Assembly (NCBI GenBank): GCA_043228905.1 | Contig: JBHGNT010000007.1 | Location: forward strand, 8,122,001 to 8,186,000 | Reading direction: 5' to 3' | Length of the DNA: 64,000 bases | Source: Azolla caroliniana | Taxonomy: Eukaryota; Plantae; Polypodiophyta | Shown: piece by piece, positions 33,353 to 46,482 of the stretch | How the letters are laid out: the number at the start of each line of letters is the position of its first letter | Position numbering within the stretch: position 1 is the stretch's first letter | Program-made: the position numbers and the translations under genes | Notes under the pieces: model-generated | Seen by the model: only the letters and a program-made list of their open reading frames with translations | What the model was told of the DNA's origin: nothing | The model's database searches: none

Positions 33353-36300
33353 TGTTGGGGCCAAGGTCGTCTGTGCGGAAGATCAAGTAGCATTCGATTG
33401 CTGTCCAGAATACCTGCTGGTGACAGTTTGTATGTCGTTGCACAGAGAGAGAGAGAGAGAGAGACACAAAAGACTCTTTATTCCACAAAACAGTAATACA
33501 ACATCCAACCTTACAAAAAGGTTACAAGGCCACTATATATAGTGACCGACTTAGGGCAACTACCCTTTATGCTAATTACATAAATGGCCAAAACGGGATA
33601 GTGTGAATACGTCCATTATACACATGTATTCGACACTCCCCCGTAATGGGCGTATACATGGGTTATCTAAGATTACAGGTATAGACTTAGGTTCTCGGAC
33701 ATATCAGCTTTGTTCGAGTCGGCAGGGTCCGAAGGCAGAAGACCGAACTGGTCGGGTCGGAACAGTTGAAGCCGATCATTAAGGAACTGATGTCGGTTGT
33801 CGGGAACCATCCTGCTCTGTGTCCGGCTCTAACCGGACTGGTTTGTCGTTACGCCCATCTGATGCCGAAGAGACCGAAAGCGGTCTGCCGAAAGACACTT
33901 GGTCATTCCATCTGCGACATTGTCGGTTGTGGATATTTTCTCTAGACCGATTTTCCCTGAAATGACGCAGTCCCGAACGAAGTGATATCGAACGTCGATA
34001 TGTTTGGAGGCGTTGTGGTGAACCGGATTTTTCGACAAGGCAACAGCACCTTGACTGTCGCTGTAGACAACTGGGGCCGAGTCATGGTCGACTTGTCGAA
34101 ACGTGTGCGCCAGCCGACCGAGCCACAAAGCTTCTTTTGTTGCGTCGGACGCAGCTACATATTCTGCTTCGGTCGTTGAGGTTGCTGTGCACTCCTGAAG
34201 TTTCGACTTCCACGAGATTGCTCCATTGCCGAATTTGAAGCAGTATCCGGTTGTTGATTTCCGACTGTCTATACAGCCGGCGAAGTCCGAGTCGGTGTAA
34301 CCGACTACGCCTGAGGTTCGGTTCGGACCGAAAAGAATGCCGTGGTCTTTTGTGCCAGCCAGATATCTGAACACATGCTTGACTGCGTTCCAATGCGATC
34401 GGCCGGGATTGTGCATAAATCTGCTAACGACTCCTACGGCGTGAGAAATATCAGGCCGTGTCGCGACCATCAGGTACATAAGGGAGCCGACTGCCGGTGC
34501 ATACGGTACCGACTTCATATCTTCCCCCTCCGGACCGGATGTCGGGCAGTCTCGCTGAGAGAGCCGAAGATTCATGGGGAGCGGGGTTGAAGCAGATTTG
34601 GCTGATTGCATGTTGAAGCGTTCTAAGACACGTCGGGTATAGTCGGTCTGAGACAAAAAAAGATGTCGTTTATCGCGATGCCGACTAATCTTCATGCCAA
34701 GGATGTGTCGTGCCGGACCGAGGTCCTTCATGGCAAACTTCAACCGCAGTTGCCGAATGAGATCGGCAAGTTCGCCCGCGTGGCGTCCAGAAATGAGCAT
34801 GTCGTCCACGTAAATGATGAGGAAGATGGGTGATCCATCTTGAGCTGTGTTGGTGAAAAGACAATGGTTCTCATCGCTTTTTGAGAAGCCGATCGATTGG
34901 ATGAAGTCGTCGAACTTCTTGTACCATTGTCGCGGTGCCTGTTTGAGGCCGTATAGACTCTTCCTGAGTCGGCAGACTAGATGTTCTTGGCCAGTCGCCA
35001 CGAAGCCTTTTGGCTGCTCCATGTAAATTTCCTCGTCAAGATCACCATGGAGGAATGCTGTTTTGACATCTAGCTGAATCAGCTCCAAGTTGTCGGCTGC
35101 CACTACGCCGAGTAGGAAACGAAGGGTTGTCATTTTCACCATTGGTGAAAAAATCTCGTCGAAGTCGACACCGTATTCTTGTCGGAAGCCCTTCGCAACT
35201 AGTCTGGCCTTGTACTTTGGGGTGGTCGAATCAGACGTCTCTTTTAGTCGATAGACCCATTTGCAAGGAAGAGCACGTCGGTTCCTAGGTAATTCGACCA
35301 GATCCCAAGTCTTGTTTGCCCGAATGGAGTGCATTTCCGACTCCATCGCCAGATGCCAGGTGGCTGAATCGACAGAAGTCGATGCTTCTTCGTAAGACGT
35401 CGGTTCGCCGGCGTCGGTGAAGAAAATTCCAGGAGAATACCTCTCCGGAGGTTGCGACAGTCTCTTGGATCGGCGAGGTAAGATTGGACTGGTCGTATCG
35501 GGTATCAAGGTCGGATGGTCCGAAAGCGGATTGTTCTGCTATGCCGAGTCGGGGTTGTCCGAGTCGGTAGTGTAAGGTTCAGCTACCCGTGAAGCTGACC
35601 GTGTGTTGAGAGCGGGGCCTTCTTGAAGGGTCGGCACATCGGAAAATGTTACCCTTCGGACTTCAATCGGTTTTTCGACTGATGGATTCATAGCCGACTC
35701 GTTGAACACAACGTCCGAACTTCGAACGATTTGTCTGCGTTCGGGGTCCCAGAGTCGGTATCCCATTTCGCCGTCTGATCCATATCCAAGAAAAATGCAT
35801 TTCTTGGACCGAGGTGCAAGTTTTCGGCGATCATCTTTCGGAATAAGGGCGTACGCCTCGCATCCGAAGATCCTCAGCTTGTCGTAATTCGGCTTACTGC
35901 CGATCCATAGTTCTTGAGGAATTTGAAGTCCTAGAGGTCTGCTTGGCGACATATTGATTATGTGTGCTGCCGTGAGTAGAGCCTCTGCCCAGAAGCCATC
36001 CGATAGTCCGGAGTGTTGGAGCATGGAAACTATCCGTTCTTGGATTGTCCGATTCATGCGTTCGGCAATCCCGTTTTGCTCCGGACTGTGTGGTGCCGTA
36101 AATTCACGTCGAATGCCGCGTTGTCGGCAGAATTTGACGAATTCTTCTGATTTGAACTCTCCCCCATTGTCGGTCCGAAAGCATTTCAGCTTTCGGTCGG
36201 TTTGATTTTCTACCATAGCGAGCCAATCGGAGAAGATCGAGAAGACACGATCTTTGGTGCGAATTGGATAAGCCCACACCTTTCGAGTCGAATCGTCAAT

Positions 36301-38797
36301 AAAACTGACGAAGTAAGAGGCACCGCCAAGAGACTGATGCGGCATCGGGCCACAGACGTCTGAGTGGACTAAATCGAGAGGTCTCGTTTCTCTTGGTGCT
36401 GATGTCGGGTGTGATGCGGCTGCTTGTTTGCCATACTGACAATGCTCGCAGAATTGATGGTCGGAGAAGGAGAGTTTGGGGATGTATCCGGCTCTAGATA
36501 GATGCGTAATGCCGGCCTTGCTGAGGTGTCCTAATCTTCGGTGCCATAGTGATGACACAGGGATATCCACCAAAAACAGGTTACCCTCTCTGAGCGTAAC
36601 ATGTAACGGATACAGTGAGTGTATCTTGGGTCCTCTAGCAAGCAGGAGGTTCCCCCTGTGGAGTGTCCACCCTCCCGAAGAGAAACCGGCACGAATGCCA
36701 TCTTCATCTAGTTGTCCGACTGAGATCAATGGCCTTGAGAGCTCGGGTACATGTCGGACATTGTGGAGTACAAGTGTAGAGCCACCTGCAAGGTTGAGCT
36801 CTACTGTGCCGATTCCGATGATGTCACAGTGTTGTGAGTTGCCGACTCGAACTGAGTCGGAGTGACGGATCGTATATTGCCGAAATTGGGATCGATGAGG
36901 AGTCACGTGAAATGACGCGCCCGAATCTAAGAGCCATGTGCTCGATTCTTCAGTCGTGAGTAGAACTTCTGATCCGACTGGATTTTCGATTGTTAGTATA
37001 TTCGGGTCGTCCGGTAGTACATCAGCTGAGAAGCTGACGTAATTGATCTCCTCATGCCGGCCACTCTTCTTGTTGTTCTTGTTCTTGAGTGCGCGGCAGT
37101 CGGCTTTGATGTGTCCGGGTTTCTTGCAATAATTGCAGATTCGGTTATCCCGTGACTGGCTCCGTCTTCGCTGATTGTTCGGCGGCCGTGAGGAATCTCT
37201 TCCTCGTATGTTCGATCGTTCTGTCGAACCTTGTACTACGTAAGCGTCGTCTGTTGAGTCTTTGGCGAAAGACTTTCTCCGAGCTGCTTCGGTCAGGATT
37301 GCGCTCGTGACTTCGGAGTATTTAACAGCCGTGGTTGACGCATTGCACACAGTTGTGACGAAAGTTTCCCATGATGAGGGAAGGCTACTCATGAGTATCA
37401 TTGCTCTGAGTTCATCCTCGATTGCCGTCCCCTGTGACGAGATTTGGGAGCTTATGCTTTCGTACTCATTGAGGTGTGCTTGAACCGAATCGGATTCTTT
37501 CATCCGCAAGTTGTAGAGGCGCCGGATCAGAAACATCTTCGTTGCGGCGACCTTCTTTTCGTAAGTGTCCGACAGTGTTTTCCACAGTTCGAATGCTGTC
37601 GTACACGATTGCACCGTAAAGTATACCGATTCCGATAGGTGCATCCGAATCGTGGCGCGGACGATTCTGTCCAGCTTCTGCCACTCAATTGGTTTGTATC
37701 CTTCTGGAGGTTCTTCATTTTCGATGGGATCGATTTGCCCCTTGACTATGAGATAGTCTTGCATTTGTTCCTTCCAGAAGTTGAAGTTCGATCCATCGAA
37801 CTTTCGTAGACTCATTTCTGACGAGCCGGATGTTGATGCCATCAAGTTCGGTTTTGGTTGACGAAGCTCGGTTCGGAGTTGACTACGAACCTTGTTGGAG
37901 TGCAGCCGGTTGGCTCACCCGATATCGTTCTAGTCGGATTTGAACCCGAGTCGGTTCGGCTTCGGAACTTGCTCGAATTGACTCCGGTAGCTTGAGGGAC
38001 AGAACCGACTGGTCTTCCCGAATGTTGCCGAGTCGGAGTGAGCCCGGTTCGCTTCGGATATATATGCCGAATACCGATTATTGAAACCGATTATCTGGAC
38101 CGATTCTGCTTCGGTTGACTGCAGCGACGAGAGAGGTGGATCCAACTGATCCTCTCGAATGTCGATCAGCCTGATGAAGCACGAATTTGGGGTTGTTGTC
38201 TTGAGACCGATCTGCACCGAGTGGTTACAACGAGCGGCGTTTGATTACCTCTTCGGATGCCGTTTAACCGGGTGGAGCACGATCGTGTCAATGTTGCACA
38301 AGGGGATTTCACCTCGAGCGGTTACGATCACAAGGAACGAAGTACAACCTGCTGGCTTACTCCAAGCAAAGATGATCTAACGCGATGAGATGCAAACCTG
38401 GTTTTTTTTCTTCTTCTTCTTCTCTCTTCTTCGAATGACGCAGGAAACCGAATGCTGAGACGACGGCCGACAGCGGATTGAGGGACCGACTACTGTGCAG
38501 GCTCTGATACCAGATGTTGGGGCCAAGGTCGTCTGTGCGGAAGATCAAGTAGCATTCGATTGCTGTCCAGAATACCTGCTGGTGACAGTTTGTATGTCGT
38601 TGCACAGAGAGAGAGAGAGAGAGACACACAAAAGACTCTTTATTCCACAAAACAGTAATACAACATCCAACCTTACAAAAAGGTTACAAGGCCACTATAT
38701 ATAGTGACCGACTTAGGGCAACTACCCTTTATGCTAATTACATAAATGACCAAAACGGGATAGTGTGAATACGTCCATTATACACATGTATTCGACA
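33353..38797 (-). mobile_element. Young full-length Ty1/copia element C
   Basis: 283-bp LTRs 33353-33635 and 38515-38797 with about 2 differences. TSD GTGGA (33348-33352, 38798-38802). PBS (reverse complement) 38501-38512, PPT (reverse complement) 33636-33642. Confidence 0.97.
33829..37845 (-). CDS. Element C gag-pol polyprotein, intact except one in-frame TAG (35539-35541) in the INT-RT linker
   Basis: 768-aa and 559-aa ORFs in the same frame. CNYCKKPGHIKADC, WLLDSGASFH, VHSDVCGP, YKARLVAKGF, IYVDDML, STTEAEY. Confidence 0.9.
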
Positions 38798-38980
38798 GTG
38801 GAATGCTATATACTAATGTGACAGAACTCGAAAGATGTTAACAACTAATCATTTCTAGTCAATGCATTATGAGATATCACCATCCCTATACAAAACTAAT
38901 AACTTACTAGCTAGCACATATATTTGTCCCATATGAACCTCTTCTACCTATGGGAGGTACTCCATGTAAAGACATAGACA

Positions 38981-39310
38981 TCCATAAATGTTAAACTCCA
39001 GACCCCAATAAGAATCCATTTTGGAGACCTTCCATAAATGTTAAACTCCAGACCCCAATAAGAATCCATTCTGGAGACCTTCCATAAATGTTAAACTCCA
39101 AACCTCAAAACAAGATTTTCCTTGAATCTTAAACCCTAAGCCCTAAAAGCATGGATGTGATTTGTCTGTGAGCTCATAAGCCTCATAAAAACCGCTTCCT
39201 AAGCAACCCTAAGGTACTCTCAATGTGAAAGCATAGACTTTGAGAGCTCCTAAGCCTCGTAAAACCCTCTTCCTAAGCAACCCTAATGAACTTTGAATGT
39301 GAAAGCATAG
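38981..39310. repeat. Local tandem duplications upstream of the PPR gene (50 bp x2.4; about 73 bp x2)
   Basis: TCCATAAATGTTAAACTCCAGACCCC... at 38981, 39031 and 39081. GAGCTC.TAAGCCTC...GTGAAAGCATAGA at about 39170 and 39244. Confidence 0.85.
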
Positions 39311-39685
39311 ATTTCTACGAACCATATTGCAAATTTCTATGTGCACCCAATCCTAGAGGCGAGTGGCTTCACTAAGCTAAAACGCCAAATGAGGCACCAT
39401 TTTAACTATGTACATAAGCACCCCCTTGTTTGTAAATTGTACATATATATATTCATAAGGAACTACCCAATGTTCCAAAGGGGGAGGTGACATAAGATGA
39501 TCCGAATTAGTCCTTAAATGTCAACGTGTCCGGATCAGAACTTCATCAGCAGCTTATGGAACCAATCCCATAGCCATCATGAAGCACAAGCACAAGAAGA
39601 AGAAGAAGAAGAAGAAGAAGAGCAAAAGCTAAAGCAAGGTTAAGAAGAACCTACAATGGCGACACCCTAGAAGGTAAGCACATAT

Positions 39686-42334
39686 ATGGTTATGGCAAAT
39701 CCTAATATCCATTCTCTCAATGCCCTCGTCACTGGCTATATTAAGAATGACAAACCAAAGCAAGCTCTGTTGTTGTACCATCAAATGCAAAAGGAGGATC
39801 TTTTGTATCTCAATCAACATACAATTTTGGGTTTGCTCAAGGCTTGTGGAAAATGTAAAGATATTGGAATAGGTCTACGTATCCATGTTCTTGTTGTTGG
39901 AATGGGTTTACTTGAAATAAATTCTTTTATCGTAAGCACGCTAGTGGATATGTATGCAAAATGTGGGTTTGTTATCAAAGCAAAGCAAATTTTTATGAAG
40001 ATTTGTGTTCGAGATGTGGTCTCATGGACATCTCTCATTGCTGGGTATTGTGACAATGACAGTGGTGTGAAAGCACTTGAATGCTTCGAAGAAATGAAAG
40101 AAGATCAAATCTCACCAAATGATGTCACTTTTGCATGTGTATTAAAGGCTTGTTCGTATGTGGTTGCAAGAGGTAAAGGTCAAGAAATACACGAGGAGAT
40201 TGAACGACGGGGATTGCTTGAAAGAAATATCTTCCTAGGTAGCACCCTGGTTGATATGTATGCTAGATTTGGTTACCTTAGAAAGGCAAAAGAAGTTTTT
40301 GATAATATCCCAATCACTCGAAATGATGTCGCATGGAATACACTAATCTCTGCCTATACCACATATGGGTGTGGTGATGAAGCGCTTGAATGCTGTGAAT
40401 GGATGCAAAATGAAGGCATCTCTCCAACTGATATCACTTTTGTTTGTAGCTTAAATGCTTGTGCTAGGGTACGATCCATAAGGAAGGGTAAAATATTGCA
40501 TGCTATTACAGAATCACAAGGTATATTAGAAAGAGATGTTGTTATTGGTAGTAGCTTGGTTGATATGTATGCTAAATGTGGCCATCTTTCTATGGCTCAT
40601 CAGGTTTTTGATGAGATTCCTCTCCGAAATGTAGTTGCGTGGACGGCACTCATGTCTGGGTATGTTGAAAATGAAAATTTTGTGGAAGCTCTTGATCTTT
40701 TAGAGCAAATGCAACATGAAGGGATAACCCCTAATTCAGTCACATATCTTTGTATCTTGAAAGCCTGTGGTAATTTACGAGCTATACGTAAAGGTGAAGA
40801 AATACATAACGATTTAAAAAAGCAAGGATTCCTTCAGAAAGATGTTGTCATTGGAAATGCTATTATTGATATGTATGCGAAATGTGGTTTGCTTGGTATA
40901 GCAAAAGAGGTGCTCAATCTGATTCCTATTCGGAATGTAGTTTCGTGGACCTCACTTATTGCAGGGTACAATGATCATGGGTATGGTGAAGAGGCATTAA
41001 GATGCTTTGAAGAGATGAAGCTTCAGGGAATATCTCCAAACAATGTCACATTTGTTTGTGCATTAGATGCATGTGGCAATATAAATGCATTGGAAGAAGG
41101 GATTACCATTCATGCTGAGATTGAAAGACAAGGCTTCAGGGAAAGAGATGACAGTAGTATCGGCAATGCTTTGGTGGATATGTACACAAAATGTGGTTGG
41201 CTTTCAATAGGACAAGAAATCTTCAGTAGGCTTCAAAATCGAAGCCTAGTGTCGTGGACAGCACTTATAGCGGGATATGCCAAACATGGTCATGGAGAAA
41301 AAGCTCTGTATTGTTTCGAATACATGCAATCCCATGATGTATCTCCAGACGTTGTTACATATTTCTGGTGCCTAAAAGCTTGTAGCCTCATAGGTGCCAT
41401 AAATAAGGGTGTGGAGATACATCTTGCGATTGAAAGGCAAGCATTATTTAAAAAAGATATTATTCTTAATAATGCACTTATTGAAATGTACATAAAATGT
41501 GGTTCTCTTAATCTAGCACAGCAAGTATTTGACAAGATTCAAACCCCAGATATGGTATCTTGGACCATATTGATTGGAGGTTATGTTGAACATGGACATG
41601 GAGAGGATGCAGTCAAGTGTTTTGAACATTTTCGATTTGAGGGCATATCCCCAACTGCTAATTTACTGGTATATATCATGAAAGCTTGTGGTATGATAGG
41701 TGCCTCAGAGAAAGTTGAGGAAATCCATGCTGATATTGAAAGCCAAGGGTTGCTAGAGAAGGACCTAGTCATTGGTAACACCTTGCTAGATATCTATGCT
41801 AAATGTGGTTCTCTTGAAAAAGCACGAGAAGTTTTTGCAGGGCTTCCGGTACGAGATGTGGTGGCATGGACATCACTAATGACAGGGTATACCCAGCTTG
41901 GTGAAATTGAAAATGTTTTCATCATTTTTGATCGAATGTTAGGAGAGGGCATATCACCAGACAAAGTCTCATTTCTTGTTGTTCTCACCGCATGCAGTCG
42001 TAAAGGTTTACTTGATCAAAGTTGGACATATTTTGAAGCAATGAGCCAACACTATGGTATTGCTCCTAGTATTCACCACCATGCGTGTATGCTGGATGTG
42101 CTTAGTCGATCCGGTCATTTACACAAGGCCTTAGAGATTTTAAAAGAGTCAGAATTTTGCTCAGACCTTGTCATATGGCGCAGTATCTTGGAATCTTGTA
42201 GAAATTGCGGAAACTTGAAGATGGGGTTAGAAGCCTTTGAACATGCAGTCAATTTGGATAACAAACACCCATTGGCCCACATGTATGCGAGTACGGTACA
42301 ACCACAAAAGATAAACATGGAATATGAAGTGTGA
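39686..42334 (+). CDS. PLS-class pentatricopeptide repeat protein with E domain, no DYW (organellar RNA editing-type factor)
   Basis: 882-aa intronless ORF with repeated LVDMYAKCG...DVVSWTSLIAGY...PN.VTF..L.AC triplets. Ends HHACMLDVLSRSGHL...WRSILESC (E1/partial E2). True start uncertain. Confidence 0.93.
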   Translation: MVMANPNIHSLNALVTGYIKNDKPKQALLLYHQMQKEDLLYLNQHTILGLLKACGKCKDIGIGLRIHVLVVGMGLLEINSFIVSTLVDMYAKCGFVIKAKQIFMKICVRDVVSWTSLIAGYCDNDSGVKALECFEEMKEDQISPNDVTFACVLKACSYVVARGKGQEIHEEIERRGLLERNIFLGSTLVDMYARFGYLRKAKEVFDNIPITRNDVAWNTLISAYTTYGCGDEALECCEWMQNEGISPTDITFVCSLNACARVRSIRKGKILHAITESQGILERDVVIGSSLVDMYAKCGHLSMAHQVFDEIPLRNVVAWTALMSGYVENENFVEALDLLEQMQHEGITPNSVTYLCILKACGNLRAIRKGEEIHNDLKKQGFLQKDVVIGNAIIDMYAKCGLLGIAKEVLNLIPIRNVVSWTSLIAGYNDHGYGEEALRCFEEMKLQGISPNNVTFVCALDACGNINALEEGITIHAEIERQGFRERDDSSIGNALVDMYTKCGWLSIGQEIFSRLQNRSLVSWTALIAGYAKHGHGEKALYCFEYMQSHDVSPDVVTYFWCLKACSLIGAINKGVEIHLAIERQALFKKDIILNNALIEMYIKCGSLNLAQQVFDKIQTPDMVSWTILIGGYVEHGHGEDAVKCFEHFRFEGISPTANLLVYIMKACGMIGASEKVEEIHADIESQGLLEKDLVIGNTLLDIYAKCGSLEKAREVFAGLPVRDVVAWTSLMTGYTQLGEIENVFIIFDRMLGEGISPDKVSFLVVLTACSRKGLLDQSWTYFEAMSQHYGIAPSIHHHACMLDVLSRSGHLHKALEILKESEFCSDLVIWRSILESCRNCGNLKMGLEAFEHAVNLDNKHPLAHMYASTVQPQKINMEYEV

Positions 42335-42599
42335 AAAAGGCATCTTATAAATCTGAAGAAAGATGTGGTGATAGGTGATGTGTGCATACGTGCCTCAAAC
42401 TCACTGTATGTAATGTGTTCAATCCCCATCCTCACTTTGCTGCAAAGAAGGGGATAGTTGTAATTATATGATGTAGTGCCACATGCATCCACCTTTCAGG
42501 TTTGATGGCATCTTGGGCATATGGTACCTCCTACAACTTTGAACATTTAACAAAACCGAGTTCTTCAAAACATATCATAATACCCCACAGAACTTGTAT

Positions 42600-43850
42600 C
42601 AATAGTCCTGTTGATTGCGGGTATTAACAGAAAAAGAATTCAATCCCATATGAGGCTAGCAAATCAAAAGGTCAAAGCATATGGGTTTCTTCATACAACA
42701 AAATCATAAGACAAACTCATACAAAGCTTCTACTCAGTAACACTTCATTAGGATGGTTGAACATCGTGAAAGGGAACTCCCAATGCTTGATGTTGTTACA
42801 AGATGTAATTCTACTTTGGAAATGTTTAGGCAAGCTATCAAGGATAGAGATTTATTTAGTTTTACAGTTTCAGATTTAACAATTCCAAGTGATTTCAATG
42901 GTTATGTCTTGATGGGAGAAAATAGGAGTTACATACGTGCCATGGAGGAATGGTTGGATAAATTTGTAGAGGTTTCTACGTTTTTGGGATGATCAAGATA
43001 TCCCACACCATCACTAGCATTGCTTGCATATAATTGTTTACTAAAACATTGTAATAAAATTTAGATTCTTCACTTCCAGGATCATCTAGATTCACTCAAG
43101 AAGTGCTTCAAAGAGCGTTTGAGAATTGCTTGCAATGCTTAATTAAGTATCAAGACTTGCTAAAGTCTATCCCATCTCGCATAGCAATGTTTCTTGATCC
43201 CATGTAATGGTTAACTTTATGTTATACAATTTTCATCATGCCTTCCAATTGTTTATTTGAATTTAAAAATATATTGTATTTTTAACATAGATTGCCTCTT
43301 CCAAATGACCATATTGAAAGAGCTTTAGATATTAAGTTGGTTGAAAGCATAATTGAATCCCATTACCACTCATTCTCAAGTGATGTCGAACCACCTTCAA
43401 CGGCAATACATCCAAATGATAATAATTCTAAAATTTGGAGGTTAATGGGTGTAAGTAATAAAAGTCTTATTTCTTATTTACATCAGTACTTCATGATACT
43501 TCCTTTAACTAGCACAAACAAGGATCCTTTACAATGTTGGCATGATAATAAATCTACAATGGAACTATATATATTGACATGTGATTACCTTGTTATACTA
43601 GCATCATTAATACCTTTTGAAGAGGTTAATTCAGCACCAAGAATAACATTTGATGATAGGAGCAAAGTACATTCGAGCAAATTCAAGGGGAAATGTGTGT
43701 TCGATCATGGATAGAAGTTTTACAAGAATTTGGTGTTTTATTGACATATAATTTTCACACGACTTTTGAAGAGCTAAAAAATAATTTGGATAATCTTATT
43801 GGTGAAGACAAGGTAATAGATTGCATATTACATGATAATCATGGGATATG
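42600..43850 (+). pseudogene. hAT transposase remnant
   Basis: LDVVTRCNST (TRWNST motif), FLDP, and dimerisation-domain-like DPLQCWHD...DYLVILAS..EEVNS; several stops. Confidence 0.8.
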
Positions 43851-44164
43851 AGGTATGCATACTTTTTATTATTTTGTTTTTTATTTAATTCTTTATTTTT
43901 ATTTTTAATTACTTATAAGTTATAAGTTATCATTTTACGTATTTTATACTTAAAGGAATCATATTACTTCTTCACAACAAAATGACAACGCAAGTTGCAA
44001 TTAAAGATATGGTTTAACAATATACACTGATTTCAATTTCTGGTTTTTCTTAATGAGAAAGACATTGTAATTTTTTGGTTTAACAACATAATTTCCTATA
44101 TAATTTCCAATTTAATTGCTTAAATATTTAAGCTTAGTAGTTTCACAATTTACAATACTTCTTA

Positions 44165-45000
44165 ATGGTTTAATTAATTAATGTGTTTAATGGGTGGGTT
44201 TGGTTTTAATTTAGGATTAAATGGTTTGGTTTCACTTTGATTTATGATTAGACGGTTTAGTTTGGTTTCAAAATTTGTATAAATGGTTTCATTTAAACAA
44301 TTCAATTTCACCGACTTTTTAAACAATTCCGCTTTAATGGTTTGGTTCCAAACTGTTTGGTTTAAATGACTTGCTAAGTTTTGTTTGGTTTTCATTAATT
44401 ATAAATGATTTGGTTTGGTTTCAAGGCAAAGAAACCGAACTAAGCACATAACTGCCGTCACCTCACAGGCATGCATGATTGCCATGCCATCATGGCACTT
44501 AATGATAATGTATTAACCTATGTGAGTGATTCATAATATTAATGATTACATTTCAAGTGAAAAAAAAACTTAACAATTACATAGGTATGATATATCTTAA
44601 TGGTTGAGTTTGCAAATATTGTTTGAAGGGTAATTAGTTCAAATTTCCATGCCTTTGGATATATGCCATAACAATTTCATAAGCTTTTTGTAGGTAACAA
44701 TCGGCAACAGTTCGGTTTGAACTGAAGCGAACAAAACCGCGACTTAATGGTTTAAACGGTTCGGTTCGGTTTTGGTTTTAATGGTTTGAAACCATGGTTT
44801 AAACGGTTTGATGGTTTTTTAATATTTTTTAATTTTTTAATTTTGTTTTAAAAAACCTTTTCATTTTTAAGCCTAATTCCCACATTTTAGGGAGAATCTT
44901 TAAATTTTTAAATAATGAAAAATTTTGAAATTTTGAAATTTTAAATTTGAAATTTGGCTTTAGTTGAAAACCGAAACTAAACCACGTAACCATTGTCGTG
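44165..45000. mobile_element. hAT-type termini with subterminal GGTTT/AAACC repeats: right end near 44442, left end of another copy near 44708
   Basis: AAACCGAACTA ends at 44442 and CAGTTCGGTTT starts at 44708, each next to dense TTTGGTTT/CGGTTT arrays. Confidence 0.6.
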
Positions 45001-45305
45001 GTGTAATTTGTACATTACGTGAAAAACGTATAAAATACCCAATTGAATAAGTATGAAGAAAAGGAATAAAACATTAAAATGTATGTTATATGATGTTGAG
45101 ATGTCAAGCTCAACCAAGTTTAGATATTTAGTCAACCATGTAACATAGTAGTTACATAATTAGAATCTAGTTAGAAGTGTTGACTTTAAAGCCTTAAATA
45201 GAACTTTGTACTTGAGTAAGATACATTCTAGATTCTCCACTACCAAGTTCATTGAATATAGGACTTACATCCTTGTACCTATATTCCAATGTTAGGCAAA
45301 GTCTC

Positions 45306-45950
45306 TGTTGAGCGGACAACCTCAACCGGATCTAGATTGGTGTTCGGAACAGAGAACCGGATAGGTATCTAGAACCAAGAGCTAGATCGGAGAGACGAAT
45401 CAGATTGTAACTGGTAGGCCGTTAGAGGCCTACAAATCTAGCCTAGTACATAGGCATATTTTTGGGAGTCAGTGTCAATCGCTCATATGAGCATTGAAGT
45501 ACATGTTAGTACTTCTGTCAGTTCGTGTAAGGACTTGTATAAAAGTGCTCACTGAGCACATTGTATGTACAGAGTGTTATTATTTTGAATTGAGTTTCTG
45601 CTTTCTGCTCTCTTTGTCTCTCCTGTGTATTCTATGTTCTTAAGCTTCCATTAAACCTTCATTCTCTGTTTTATTGTTGTAATCCGGTTGAGCCGGTTTG
45701 TCTACAAGCTTCTGCATGTTATTCTTTACATGGTATCAAAGCACGAGGGTTGAGAACCTCTAATGCTGACAACTGCTCGAAACAGACGAACCCTAACTTC
45801 CGAAAAAGCACAGACCGAAAAGACGAAAGATAGACAGAGGTATGGCAAGCTTGCTTTCGACAAAGAAGCTTGACAGACACAACTATGCATCCTGGTCATA
45901 CAAGATGCATCAGTATCTGCTCGAACATGGATATTGGAGTTATGTTGAGG
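45306..45950 (+). mobile_element. Truncated copia related to B: 5' LTR (45306-45730), PBS and start of gag
   Basis: TGTTGAGCGG...CTTTACA then TGGTATCAAAGC. Gag KKLDRHNYASWSYKMHQYLLEHGYWSYVE matches B gag. An older related LTR start lies at 45094. Confidence 0.88.
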
Positions 45951-46260
45951 TAATGCGCGTTGCCACCAAGTAGTGAATCCATTGATTATGGTAATGAATA
46001 ATGACGACAACTAATGGGTTCTAAATTCTAATAATAGGTGATGACATGTGATGATCAACAGTGAACAATAAGCATTGATGATTCAGAAATGTTATCGCAC
46101 AAAATGCTAGGGAGAATGTTTAAGTAAGAGATGAAAACAAAACTCCTCCTTTATCTCAATAGAAAAGTGCAAACCAAAAGAGATGCCTTATTTTTCCCTT
46201 AAAAAATCTCTTTCCCCAAAGTCACCAACTTTAATACCACCACGATGACTGTTGTTCGAG

Positions 46261-46482
46261 CAACAACATGACATTGATTCTCTTGTCCCAACCATCCAAT
46301 ACATAGCCTATCCCCCACCCCCAAAAAAAAAAAACAAAAAAACAAAAAACCCTGCCTTTATTCTAGGTTTCACACAACAACATGACATTGACTCTCTTGT
46401 CCCAACCATCCAATACATAGCCTACGCCCCCCACCCCCCCCTGAAAAAAAAAAAAACCCTACCTTTATTCTAGGTTTCACAC
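46261..46482. repeat. About 114-bp tandem duplication
   Basis: CAACAACATGACATTGA...TTATTCTAGGTTTCACAC occurs twice. Confidence 0.85.
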
